The notes beneath the pieces were generated by a model. That model was not told where the DNA came from, ran no database searches, and worked only from the letters and a program-made list of their open reading frames with translations. From Planctomycetes bacterium HGW-Planctomycetes-1 (GTDB taxonomy: Bacteria; Planctomycetota; Phycisphaerae; Sedimentisphaerales; UBA12454): a DNA stretch of 58,675 nucleotides. Of this stretch, positions 45,990-55,892 are shown piece after piece (position 1 is the first letter of the stretch; each line of letters opens with the position of its first letter). The stretch lies in NCBI GenBank assembly GCA_002839495.1, contig PGYD01000003.1:1-58675 (forward strand). Direction: 5' to 3'. The translations under genes were made by a program, and so were the position numbers.

Positions 45990-46703
45990 ATGGAGCATAA
46001 AATTTTTCCGGTCGTTTTTGTTTTTCTAACCATCACAGCAATCTCATCGGCTCAGTATGATTATCCCGATTTGGCGGGCGACGCCGATATAATCAATTTC
46101 GCCGATTTCGCCGTCTTTGCCGAAAACTGGCAGAAGTCAGGCACCGGATTAGCGGGCGATTTCGACGACAGCGGCAAAGTCGATTTTAACGATTTAGCCT
46201 ATCTTTCCTATTACTGGCTTACCGCACAATGGGAATGCAGGAAAATCGACCTCGATTACAGCGGCCTGATTGATTTTTCCGATTTTGTAATTTTCGCCGA
46301 CTGCTGGCTCAGCAGTGACGGTAGTCCGAACTATAAGACAAATTGCGATTTTGACGACGATGATATAGTTGATATTTACGATTTAAAGGCCTTTTGCAAT
46401 TGCTGGCTCAAAGGCACAAGACCGCAGGGTATCTGGGAACAGTTCAAGGCTGCACTGGCGGCAGGCGATATAGACCGAGCCGTCAGTTTCTTTGCTGTTT
46501 TCGTGGCGGACGATTATAGAGACATATTTAATGAACACAGCGATAAATTGCAGAGTTTAGCGGCCGATATGGGCCAATTAACTCTTGAATACAGGGATAG
46601 AGATATTGCCGTTTATGAGTTAAGCAACGCCGCAGGCAATCTCTTCTTTCCGGTCGTTTTTACTATGGACGACGAAAGCAAATGGAAAATCGCGGTCTTC
46701 TAA
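45990..46703 (+). CDS. secreted protein with four dockerin/EF-hand-like repeats and an NTF2-like C-terminal domain
   Basis: Signal peptide; Asp-rich repeats ending in FADFAVFAENW / FNDLAYLSYYW / FSDFVIFADCW / YDLKAFCNCW; C-terminus WEQFKAALAAGDIDRAVSFF...WKIAVF. Start at 45990 after GAGGA. Confidence 0.7.
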   Translation: MEHKIFPVVFVFLTITAISSAQYDYPDLAGDADIINFADFAVFAENWQKSGTGLAGDFDDSGKVDFNDLAYLSYYWLTAQWECRKIDLDYSGLIDFSDFVIFADCWLSSDGSPNYKTNCDFDDDDIVDIYDLKAFCNCWLKGTRPQGIWEQFKAALAAGDIDRAVSFFAVFVADDYRDIFNEHSDKLQSLAADMGQLTLEYRDRDIAVYELSNAAGNLFFPVVFTMDDESKWKIAVF

Positions 46704-46734
46704 CAGCCGGGCAAAAAATTCTGGAGAAAAACCT

Positions 46735-47052
46735 ATGACTGAAAAAACAAGAAAAGTGTTATTTGTTACGGGTGAAATTTTTGTTTTATGTGTCGCTACA
46801 GGTTTATTGATATTTAAATTCAATTTGTTGCTGCAACCAATTTTTAATTTGATATTTTTACTCCCCCTCGATGGAATCCCTATATTAACCAGTGTTGTAG
46901 TGCTAGTATTCGATATCATTTGGCTTGTATTAATGAAATTGTGGCCGCTAAAAAATATATATATCAAGTTGTTTTTAACGTATTTGGTACTTTTTTTATC
47001 AGGATGTGTTTTATTTGCTGTGATTATATTACCCAACCTTATGGTTCCCTAG
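46735..47052 (+). CDS. small AT-rich membrane protein (~3 TM helices)
   Basis: GGAG SD; hydrophobic throughout. Confidence 0.65.
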   Translation: MTEKTRKVLFVTGEIFVLCVATGLLIFKFNLLLQPIFNLIFLLPLDGIPILTSVVVLVFDIIWLVLMKLWPLKNIYIKLFLTYLVLFLSGCVLFAVIILPNLMVP

Positions 47053-47089
47053 CGAGATTAAAAAATGTTTTATGTTTCTGGAGTATAAT

Positions 47090-49121
47090 ATGCGTATAAA
47101 AAATTCAATAATAATTTTCTCTTTATTTTTTGGATTATGCAGTAGCTTGTATGCCTTTGAAAACAAATATACCCATCCGGCATTAACCCAGAGAGCCATC
47201 GGAGACTCTGTGTGTGTTTTAGATGATTATCTAAAAACTCAACTGGGGATGACCGGAGGGCTGACAGCCGAATTATATTGGGATTTTCCTGCATCGATAA
47301 AGGCAAGAATGGACAAAGCCGAGCCGGACAAAACTACCAGAAGTATATCGGATTGGCTCAAAGCAGGCAGTATAATTGAGGATGAGCGCAAAATAGATTT
47401 AAGGTTTAATAATCACTTTTATGACCCAACCAGAAATAGCGGATTAGATAACACAGAAGCAAAGTATTGGTTGAGTGGCCGATTTAAAGGTGCATCCGCT
47501 AAGGATTGGGCAATAGATTATAGTTTAAATGAATTCGATTGGCAGGCAGCAAGAGAAGATTTCTATTTTGCCCTCACAAAGCCAACTCAATCCGAGCGTG
47601 ACGCATCGTTGGCGCAATCTATGCTGAATTTAGGCAGTGTTCTGCATCTTCTTGAAGATATGGGCGTTCCTGCCCATGCAAGAAACGATTCACTTTTCGC
47701 TCATGTTAGATCGTTGGTATTCGAAGAAGATAGAGTTGAACCGCTTGAAAGATGGATTGAAAAGAAGATTTCGAGCGACGGCTCATTGGCAAGATGGATT
47801 TCGCCGAGCTGGACTCCTACGCCACAAATTTATTCTAAAGTTTCGAGTTATTTCGATGCTGAGGAATACACCGGCAATTATCTCGGCGATGGCGTACCAA
47901 CTCCCGGCAACTGGGGGCTGGCGGAAAAGACTAATTATCAGTTTTTGTCATGGACAACGATTTTCAACGAAGATTTTTTGACCAGCCGGTATTATTTCCC
48001 TCATCCGGCAAAGATACATACTATCGATGTGAACGAATCGGGGCGCATTTATTTATCCGGCTATGGCGTGAACCATTTAGCCAGAAAAACAATGTCGTTT
48101 CATCGCTTGCAGCACGACCATTTGGATAAAGCGTGGTGTGTGCTCGGAATCGTTGTTTTTGATGATTATGCGGCGATAACTTTGCCTCGGACGATTAACT
48201 ATGCTGCCGGGCTGGTTAATTAATTTCTTCCGCGGCAGATTAAGCGTTGAGGCCGAGTGTATAGAATGTGATGTCTTTGAGCTTACTATTACCAATAAGT
48301 CGGACAATTCAGGGTTTCCGCAAACCTTAAAAGGCGGCGATTTTGAGTTGTACTGGGAAGATGCGGCGGGCAATAGGGCAGAAGTGCCGGATTTCGGTAT
48401 CGACAGCGGCTGGACGTCAAGCAGTACTTTAGTTTACGATGGAACTGTAACGGCGACATTTATTAAGCCGACGGCAGGAGAGCCAGTTAAGTATATTTTG
48501 GTTTATAGGGGCAATATTTGTGAGAATCCGAACCAGCCGGATGCTGACGATGAAAATGCCATAGCCGTAACCGTCTTTACCCCTCCATCGGACAATTGCT
48601 GTGGTGTTTGTTCTTATTGTGGTGCAGACCCGACTCCAAGCCCTATAAGAATATCAAGTTTGGGCATAACAGGAAACGATTTAACTTGTTGTTATAGTTG
48701 GACTGTTTCAGGGTACAAATATACGACAGTATTCGAGATGCTATATCCTTTGCACTTGCCATTTGAAATATATATACCTTATGGCTATTATTATGGAGGA
48801 TATTGCAGATGGGAGAAAGTTTTTGCCGCCCAAATACGTTGTACAATATATCGCGGCAACGACTATCCAGAATGTGATGGAACTGGCGCAATAAGTTCAT
48901 CTGTCAATTACTACGATTTACTTTTTCAAATTAGGAGGTATAGTTCTTATGTTGCAGTATCAATAAGGTCTTTGCAGAGCTTTGATTTGGATTTTTTTTG
49001 GACAGGCTATGGCGCAATACCGGAAAGCGGCTGTGTCTATGGGGATTATTATGGCTATACTGCCAAAGGTTGTGGCTTTGCGGGATGGCAATGGGGTGGA
49101 GGTTTGATACATATTGATTGA
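47090..49121 (+). pseudogene. secreted Zn-dependent phospholipase C / S1-P1-like protein split by a +1 frameshift at 48221-48223
   Basis: Signal peptide, mature FENKYTH, then NHFYDP and LHLLEDMGVPAH. Deleting one A in AAT TAA TTT gives ...YAAGLVNYFFRGRL and fuses ORFs 47072-48223 and 48201-49121 into 676 aa. Confidence 0.7.
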
Positions 49122-49248
49122 TATAAATGCCTTGTACTAAAATAATAAAACCTGAAATGACAAAATATTTAGATTGCAAAATGCCAAGAGTGAGTATACA
49201 ATTTTGGACATAATGGTTATAAGTATTGAATTTAATCGGTTTTTGATA

Positions 49249-49857
49249 ATGAGGAAAAAACAAAAAATACAAGGCCTGACAATCGTTGAGATTTTGGTCG
49301 CTATTGCAATCGTAGCACTGCTGGCGGCAGGACTGTATTCTGTCAGCAGCTATGTTGGTAGGCAGGCAAAAATAAAACTCACCGAATCGACAATCGCAAT
49401 CCTCACCGCCGCCATCGACGAATATCATGACTTCTACGGCAAATTCCCTTTTGAAGCCGATGAAAGTTACAATAAGTCAAACCTTGAGTCAGGTGTTAAT
49501 GGCGTTAACGGGACTGTCAGGGCATTCGTTAATGATGTTGACCAAGGTACCGCTGGCAGCCATAAAGACGAATATTCATCAATTGAAGCGTTGTATTATT
49601 TTTTGAATCGCGCTCCGGATGCCAAAAAAATTGTCGGCTCTATAAATTCTTCATTATTTACCAATAAAAGCGAAAATAAGAGCGAGGAATTTCGAGTTAT
49701 TATCGGTTCGACACAGTATCCTTTGGTAAGAATCGTTGATGCCTGGGGTATGGCGTTAAGGTATACCTACGCGACAGGCAACAATTTTCCCGCGATTACT
49801 TCCGCCGGCCCCGATAAGGATTTTACTAAGACCGATGATAATATCACCAGCCGTTAG
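49249..49857 (+). CDS. type II secretion / type IV pilin-like pseudopilin (GspG-like)
   Basis: Prepilin site QG|LTIVEILVAIAI, DAWG, SAGPD. TTGCAA-N17-TACAAT at 49174-49202 supports the later start. Confidence 0.85.
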   Translation: MRKKQKIQGLTIVEILVAIAIVALLAAGLYSVSSYVGRQAKIKLTESTIAILTAAIDEYHDFYGKFPFEADESYNKSNLESGVNGVNGTVRAFVNDVDQGTAGSHKDEYSSIEALYYFLNRAPDAKKIVGSINSSLFTNKSENKSEEFRVIIGSTQYPLVRIVDAWGMALRYTYATGNNFPAITSAGPDKDFTKTDDNITSR

Positions 49858-49979
49858 TATTTAATTGAAAACACCTTTTCTCTATGGCTAAAAAATCCGT
49901 CTCGGTTCGTGTTCATTTGTGGTTAATTATCCCTTAAAATTTGTTGCAAAATTATGCGGCATGGGTATATTTCACAGCT

Positions 49980-50438
49980 ATGATAGTTAGAAACGCCGCA
50001 GTTAAAGATGTTGAAGCTATATATTTGCTCATCAGCCATTATGCGCAGTTCGACAAAATGCTGTTTAGGTCAAAAGCGTATATATTCGATAATCTGCAGA
50101 TGTACAATGTTGCGGAGGATGGCGGCAAGGTTGTCGGCTGCTGTGCTTTACAGGTAATATGGGCCGATTTGGCGGAGATAAAGTCATTGGCCGTGGATGA
50201 GAAATACCAGGATAAGGGAGTCGGCAAGGCACTGGTTGAAAAGGCCGTCGAACAGGCCAAAAATCTCGGCGTTAAAAAGGTTTTTGTCTTAACCCTTGTT
50301 CCGAAATTCTTCGAGCAGTATGGCTTTAAAATCGTGGAGAAAAAGACGCTTCCGATGAAGGTCTGGAGCGATTGTGCCAAATGTACCAAACAGGATAACT
50401 GTGACGAAACAGCGGTGGAGAAAGAAATAAAGAATTAA
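49980..50438 (+). CDS. argA: GNAT N-acetyltransferase, short ArgA-type
   Basis: LAEIKSLAV, YQDKGVG, FVLT, LPMKVWSDCAKC. Confidence 0.75.
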   Translation: MIVRNAAVKDVEAIYLLISHYAQFDKMLFRSKAYIFDNLQMYNVAEDGGKVVGCCALQVIWADLAEIKSLAVDEKYQDKGVGKALVEKAVEQAKNLGVKKVFVLTLVPKFFEQYGFKIVEKKTLPMKVWSDCAKCTKQDNCDETAVEKEIKN

Positions 50439-50512
50439 GGAAGTAAAGATATAAGGAAATATCTTGAAGCAATAATCCTTATCTCCTTACTTCTTTGCAT
50501 CCTTACTTCCTT
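50421..50512. repeat. inverted pair of 5x imperfect octamer arrays between convergent genes
   Basis: aaagaaat aaagaatt aaggaagt aaagatat aaggaaat ... taatcctt atctcctt acttcttt gcatcctt acttcctt. Confidence 0.8.
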
Positions 50513-50518
50513 TCAATT

Positions 50519-51487
50519 TTACCCGACCTGTTTTCTTTCAAACATAGCGATGCCGAGCAGGATAAAGGCCGCAGTATAAATCAGTCCGTAAATGCCGCAG
50601 GAGATAATATAGCTGAAAGTGATTTTTGCGGACTCCTCATATATGGCATCGGTTATCCAAAACGCCTGAAAGCTGGGAATGATTATTTTGCCTATTTTAG
50701 CCCATAAATGGGTATCAGCCAGTCTGCCGAAAACGTAATCGCTCACAAGCCCAAGCAGAAACAGGCCTATGCAGCAGCTTAATGTAACAATCACATTAAA
50801 ACGGGTCGAAAACATAATCGCAGCGGCTGAAATAACAAAAAGAGCTATCAAAAGCAGTATTGAGGCATAAACATCGAGCATATTAAATCCGTTATTGGCA
50901 GGGTAAAACCTCCATTCTCTATCTATAAAGAACAAAAAGACTATAGAAATTGTAGCGAAAATAGAAGTAAATATTATAGCGGTTGATGTAAATTTAAAAT
51001 CGTAAGAGTAGTTAAGGAAAGAAGTTATAATAATAGAAAGGCCTAAGGTTGCCCCTGCACAAGTCAATACGGTCATATCATGATAATCAGAGGCAGTTGT
51101 GAGTACGCCATGCCTGATGGACATAAGAAGGGCTATTGTAAGGATGTAATGAGCGAGGATTACGGCGAAAATAACACCTAAAAACTTGCCTAAAATGAAA
51201 ATAAAGCGGGGAATAGGCTTTGAGAGGGTAGTAATAATGGTTTTTGTTTCAATTTCTTCGGTGATTGCCGCTGATGCGGAGAAAATTGAAATGAACAACC
51301 CGGCAATGAAAAGCGTAGATAAGCCTATCTCGCGTAAAAACTTATTGTCGTCGTCCAAAGAGTACATTGTGAGCGACGGACTTATAATAAACAGAAACAC
51401 AGCCGCGGCGATAATAATCGCGTAAATCGGCTGTCTGATTATTTCTACGAAGGTGTTTTTTACGATTGAAAAAAGTTTATAGAACAT
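50519..51487 (-). CDS. ABC-2 type transporter permease
   Basis: KNTFVEIIRQP, EEIETKT...LSKPIPR..FILGKFLG; multiple TM helices. Confidence 0.85.
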   Translation of the reverse strand: MFYKLFSIVKNTFVEIIRQPIYAIIIAAAVFLFIISPSLTMYSLDDDNKFLREIGLSTLFIAGLFISIFSASAAITEEIETKTIITTLSKPIPRFIFILGKFLGVIFAVILAHYILTIALLMSIRHGVLTTASDYHDMTVLTCAGATLGLSIIITSFLNYSYDFKFTSTAIIFTSIFATISIVFLFFIDREWRFYPANNGFNMLDVYASILLLIALFVISAAAIMFSTRFNVIVTLSCCIGLFLLGLVSDYVFGRLADTHLWAKIGKIIIPSFQAFWITDAIYEESAKITFSYIISCGIYGLIYTAAFILLGIAMFERKQVG

Positions 51488-51630
51488 ATTATTCTTTCAT
51501 TAACGGTTTACGGCGCAGAACTTATCTATTATATTAACGCCTTTTATACTTGTAGTAAAGCAACTTTATTGTATACTTTGGTCGCGAATATGGGTTCAGA
51601 AAATTTTGATTTAAGGATAAGCAATAGATA

Positions 51631-53676
51631 ATGATACAGACAGAGTACAAAAAGGCGGCGAATGTTTCTCTGGCAGCTCTTATATTAAGCGTTATATTCT
51701 TTCCGGCCTGTTTTATTCTGAGCAAAGTTACGGGAGTTTATGCGTTGTTTGCCCTGAGCTGGCAAGTACTCGGGGCGGTCCTGATATGGGCGGTTCTGGC
51801 AATCCAGTTTTATCAGAAAGCACTGGCGGAGCAGGAAAGACTTGACCTGGCACAGCTTGCCCAAAGCAGCGGCAGCGATACCATCTTTGAAGCGCAAAAG
51901 ACAAGTTCGGAACTTTTCGCGGTCGCTCAAAACAGGTTAAGAATCTTCGAGAAATGGTTTCTCCCGATTTTTTCGGTTTTTATTGCTGTATATCAGCTCG
52001 CTATCGGGTCGCATCTTTTAAGATTAACCATCAGAGGCGATATATATGACAGGGAAATGAGATTCTTGCTGCTCGGAGCGGTTCTTGCATCGGCAATAGC
52101 ATTTGTCAGCTTTCTGTTTTCGCTTTACGCTACCGGGCTGGCGAGCCAGGAAAAATGGCGGCCATTGAAAGCAGGCGGAAGCTATTTTCTGGCGACTGCG
52201 ATTTTCGCTTTTGTCTGTGCGGCGGGAATGGCATTTGCGCAGTTTAAGGTACAGATAGTTCTTACTGTGCTTAACTGGGCGGTGCCGACTGTTATTATTC
52301 TTGTCGGATGTGAAACGGCGTTAAACTTTATATTCGACATATATAGACCCAGAGTAAAGGGACAATACAGCAGTACCGCTTTTGACAGCAGGCTTTTGGG
52401 GATTATCGCCGCACCGCATAATATCCTTAAAACGGTCGCAAGCGTTATAGACTACCAGTTCGGCTTTAAGGTCTCTCAAACGTGGTTCTACAAAATAGTC
52501 GAACAGGCGGTAGTGCCTTTGGTCCTTGTTTCGGCGGTCATTCTTTATCTTTTAAGTTGTATTGTGATTGTCGAACCTGATTCAGAGGCGATAATCGAAA
52601 GGTTCGGTTCGCCGACAGATTCGCAGGGTAATGTGCGGCTCGTCGAAGCGGGAATAAGTTTTAAGCTGCCATGGCCTTTCGGAATAGCGAGAGAATTTCC
52701 GGCAAAACAGATTCAGGAAATATCTGTCGGATATATCCCGCTCGAAGACGAGACAAAACAAAGACAGCCGCTGTTATGGAACAGGGAGCATTATAAGGAA
52801 GAATATAACCTTTTGACCGCGACGGAGAGCATAAGCTCGCAGGAAGAAGGCGCTGTTCCGGTAAGTATTATAAGGGGCGCCATTCCCGTGCAGTACAGGG
52901 TCGTTGACCTTTACAAATATCTTTACAATCACGCCGACAGCAGGGAAGTCCTTACAGCGATTTGTTATCGTGAGGTGGTCAAATTCGTAGCCAGTGCGAG
53001 AATTGAGCCTGAATCCGAAACCGACAGCACCGAAGAGAGTCTGCTCGGGGCCGGCAGGGCAAGGGCCGCTTTGGAGGTCGCCAGGAATATTCAGCAGCGG
53101 GCCGACGAGATCGGACTTGGTGTTGAGATAGTATTTATGGGATTCGAGGGTTTTCATCCGCCTCCGCAGGTTGCCGAGGATTTTCAGGCTGTAACAGGGG
53201 CCGTACAGAAAAAACAGGCCGCGATACTTGAAGCAATCGCGATGCGAGACAGAATTTTTACCGGAAATGTCGGCTCTGTGAAACAGGCTGAATCGCTGCA
53301 CGAACTGGCAGGCAGATATCTGCAGTCGCAGCAAAAAGGCAAAGAGCACGAAGAGTTAAAACTGCAGCTTGATAAGGCGTTTACGGAGGCAAGCGGTGAG
53401 CTTTTCGCCAAACTTAGAGAGGCGCAGGCCTATGCTTATGAAAAATCGACGCTCGCAAAGGCCGCCGGCGAGAGGTTCAGCCAGCAATTACAGGCATATC
53501 GGGCGTCTCCAAGGATTTATAAGCATGAGCTTAAAATGAATATGCTCGAAGAGACGCTGGAGAAAATAAGAAAATACGTCATTATTTCGGACGGCGATTC
53601 GGAAGTAACAATTATAGATTTGCAGGAAAAACTCACGCCGAGTCTTTATGACATCGAGCCGGTACAGGGGCAATAA
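51631..53676 (+). CDS. HflK-like SPFH protein with N-terminal multi-TM domain
   Basis: Multi-TM N-terminal half, then ERFG, FKLPWPF, VQYRV, HPPPQVAEDF and a coiled-coil tail. Confidence 0.8.
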   Translation: MIQTEYKKAANVSLAALILSVIFFPACFILSKVTGVYALFALSWQVLGAVLIWAVLAIQFYQKALAEQERLDLAQLAQSSGSDTIFEAQKTSSELFAVAQNRLRIFEKWFLPIFSVFIAVYQLAIGSHLLRLTIRGDIYDREMRFLLLGAVLASAIAFVSFLFSLYATGLASQEKWRPLKAGGSYFLATAIFAFVCAAGMAFAQFKVQIVLTVLNWAVPTVIILVGCETALNFIFDIYRPRVKGQYSSTAFDSRLLGIIAAPHNILKTVASVIDYQFGFKVSQTWFYKIVEQAVVPLVLVSAVILYLLSCIVIVEPDSEAIIERFGSPTDSQGNVRLVEAGISFKLPWPFGIAREFPAKQIQEISVGYIPLEDETKQRQPLLWNREHYKEEYNLLTATESISSQEEGAVPVSIIRGAIPVQYRVVDLYKYLYNHADSREVLTAICYREVVKFVASARIEPESETDSTEESLLGAGRARAALEVARNIQQRADEIGLGVEIVFMGFEGFHPPPQVAEDFQAVTGAVQKKQAAILEAIAMRDRIFTGNVGSVKQAESLHELAGRYLQSQQKGKEHEELKLQLDKAFTEASGELFAKLREAQAYAYEKSTLAKAAGERFSQQLQAYRASPRIYKHELKMNMLEETLEKIRKYVIISDGDSEVTIIDLQEKLTPSLYDIEPVQGQ

Positions 53677-53718
53677 TAAAGTTATAGAATAGCTGATAAA
53701 ATTTAAGGGTAAGCAAAA

Positions 53719-54609
53719 ATGAAGAATTTTGCGGTAATGTTTTTGGTGATATTAATCGTCGCGGTGATGGCACTCTATCTCGTATCGTTTCAGGTGCGGC
53801 AGACGGAAACTGCTCTGATTCTTACTTTCGGCAAGCCTACACGTTCGATAATCGAACCGGGCTGGAAATGGAAATGGCCTGCCCCGATTCAGACGCTGAT
53901 TAAATATGACTCGAGACAGATGCTTTTTGAGGGCGTTGAGGAAGAAACGGTTACAAAGGGCGGAGAACCGATAATTGTCCAGACGTATATCGTATGGCGA
54001 ATCGACGAGCCGATAAAATTTCGTGAAGCCGTTAGAGATGTGCAGGGAGCCGAAAGACTGCTCAAAGGCAGGCTTCGCGACGTGCAGAATCAAGTTATCG
54101 GCCAGCATTATTTCAGCGAATTTGTGAACACGGACAGAGAGCAGATAAAATTCGGCGAAATTGAAAAAGAAATGGAGCGGCTGCTCGACGAGCCTGTAAA
54201 AGAAGCGTACGGCGTAAAAGTGGAAACAGTCGGAATAAAAATGCTCAAGGTGAGCGAAAAAGTAACGGAAGATGTTTTTGCTCGAATGAGGGCTGACAGG
54301 AGACGCAAGGCCGAGGCGACATTGGCGCAGGGCAGCGCAGAGGCGACCAAGATAAGGAGCGACGCCGATTCGAAAATTACCGAGCTTATGGCGGCGACCG
54401 AAGCAAGGGCGAAAGCCATCCGCGGCTCGGGCGATGCCGAGGCGGCTCAATATTACAAAATGCTCGAGGCCGACCCTGAATTTGCGATGTTCCTGCGTGA
54501 AATAGAGACCCTCAAAAAAACCCTTAAGGAAAGAACGACCGTGGTTTTGCCTGCCGATGCCGAACCGTTTAAATTGCTTAAGGAAATGCCTAAAATCGAG
54601 CCTAAATAA
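53719..54609 (+). CDS. hflC: HflC-like SPFH protein
   Basis: FGKP..EPG..KWP.PIQ, WRI, VFARMRADR, RGSGDAEAA, DPEFAMFLR. Confidence 0.85.
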   Translation: MKNFAVMFLVILIVAVMALYLVSFQVRQTETALILTFGKPTRSIIEPGWKWKWPAPIQTLIKYDSRQMLFEGVEEETVTKGGEPIIVQTYIVWRIDEPIKFREAVRDVQGAERLLKGRLRDVQNQVIGQHYFSEFVNTDREQIKFGEIEKEMERLLDEPVKEAYGVKVETVGIKMLKVSEKVTEDVFARMRADRRRKAEATLAQGSAEATKIRSDADSKITELMAATEARAKAIRGSGDAEAAQYYKMLEADPEFAMFLREIETLKKTLKERTTVVLPADAEPFKLLKEMPKIEPK

Positions 54610-54626
54610 AGGAATTAGAATATCAA

Positions 54627-55874
54627 ATGAGTAACGAACATAACAATAACCATCATCATATAGCCGGTGAAACGAACGAGCCGTTGGATTTCGGCAGCGA
54701 ATTCGATGCCGGTACCAAGAGCCTTGCCGATGCCCTGAGAATCAGCTTCGCGGTACTGAAGATTATAATGGTTGTACTGGTTATACTGTTTTTCAGCTCC
54801 GGAGTCTTTACAGTCGCGCCTGACGAACGGGCGATGGTGCTTCGGTTCGGGAAAATCCGCGGAGAAACGACGGAGCAGAGAATACTCGGCCCGGGACTGC
54901 ACTGGGCGATACCGTATCCTATTGAAGAGGTCGTAAAACTGCCTGCCAGAAATACCATTCTGCGAACAGCGATAGATTCGTTCTGGTATGACGAGAAGAA
55001 TACATATCCGTCACGTTCGCTGGATCCGATACTCGAAGGATACTCCATAACCCGCAACGATACTATTGCTGATTTGAAAGAGGGAGACAGCGATTATAAT
55101 ATTGTGCATTCGAGATGGCTTTTGACGTATAGAATTTCCGATTGTGAAATGTTTTATAAAAACGTTTCTGTCAAAACGCCCGATGCGGGGCAGACTTTGA
55201 TTGATGTAATACCGAAAAGTGTCGAGCCGTTTTTAAAGGCGGTTGCTTCGGAAGCCATTGTCATAACTATGGTAAATTTCAGCATCGATGAAGCGATAAA
55301 AAGTGATTCGAGGATAAGCAAAGAAGCTGAAAAACTTCTGCAGCAGAAACTTGACGCTATGAACTGTGGAATAGAGGTCGATTCGATGCAGCTAACCGCC
55401 GTTATATGGCCAAAGCAGCTTAACGATTCGTTTGTTGCGTCTATAAAGGCCAGCAACGAAGCCGACAGAATGATACGCGAAACGAGAGGCTACACCGAGA
55501 GCAGAATCAACGAGGCCGGCGGCAGAGCACTTATTAACGCAATTCTTTCGCCGGAAATTGAAGACGAGCAAAAGGAATATTACTGGAACAACGCTTCGGG
55601 AACGGTGCAGCAGATAATCGCCGAGTCAAAGGCGTATAGGACGAAAGTTGTCGAATCGGCCAAAGCCAACGCCGATTATCTGCAAAAGCTGCTGCCGGAA
55701 TACCGGAAAAGACCGAAACTGGTTCTGCAGAGAATCTATCAGGACGCTATCGAAGAAGTCCTGAGCAATACGCAGGAAACGATAATAGCCCAGCCGAGCA
55801 GCGGCGCTAAGAACCGTGAATTCAGAGTTATGATAAACAGGGACCCTGCGGCGGTTAAGAAAAAACAGCAATAG
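54627..55874 (+). CDS. HflK-like SPFH protein with His/Asn-rich N-terminus
   Basis: MSNEHNNNHHH, VLRFGK, PGLHWAIPYPI, DYNIVH, EYRKRP. Confidence 0.8.
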   Translation: MSNEHNNNHHHIAGETNEPLDFGSEFDAGTKSLADALRISFAVLKIIMVVLVILFFSSGVFTVAPDERAMVLRFGKIRGETTEQRILGPGLHWAIPYPIEEVVKLPARNTILRTAIDSFWYDEKNTYPSRSLDPILEGYSITRNDTIADLKEGDSDYNIVHSRWLLTYRISDCEMFYKNVSVKTPDAGQTLIDVIPKSVEPFLKAVASEAIVITMVNFSIDEAIKSDSRISKEAEKLLQQKLDAMNCGIEVDSMQLTAVIWPKQLNDSFVASIKASNEADRMIRETRGYTESRINEAGGRALINAILSPEIEDEQKEYYWNNASGTVQQIIAESKAYRTKVVESAKANADYLQKLLPEYRKRPKLVLQRIYQDAIEEVLSNTQETIIAQPSSGAKNREFRVMINRDPAAVKKKQQ

Positions 55875-55892
55875 CAAAAGTAAAAGGGAAAA

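Noticed and set aside
48221-48223. Stop-codon readthrough or programmed frameshift in the PLC-like gene
   Set aside because: The continuation is in a different frame, and no slippery heptamer or stimulatory structure is evident.
41392-50512. Octamer arrays as a CRISPR array
   Set aside because: Units are 8 nt and contiguous, with no unique spacers and no cas genes.
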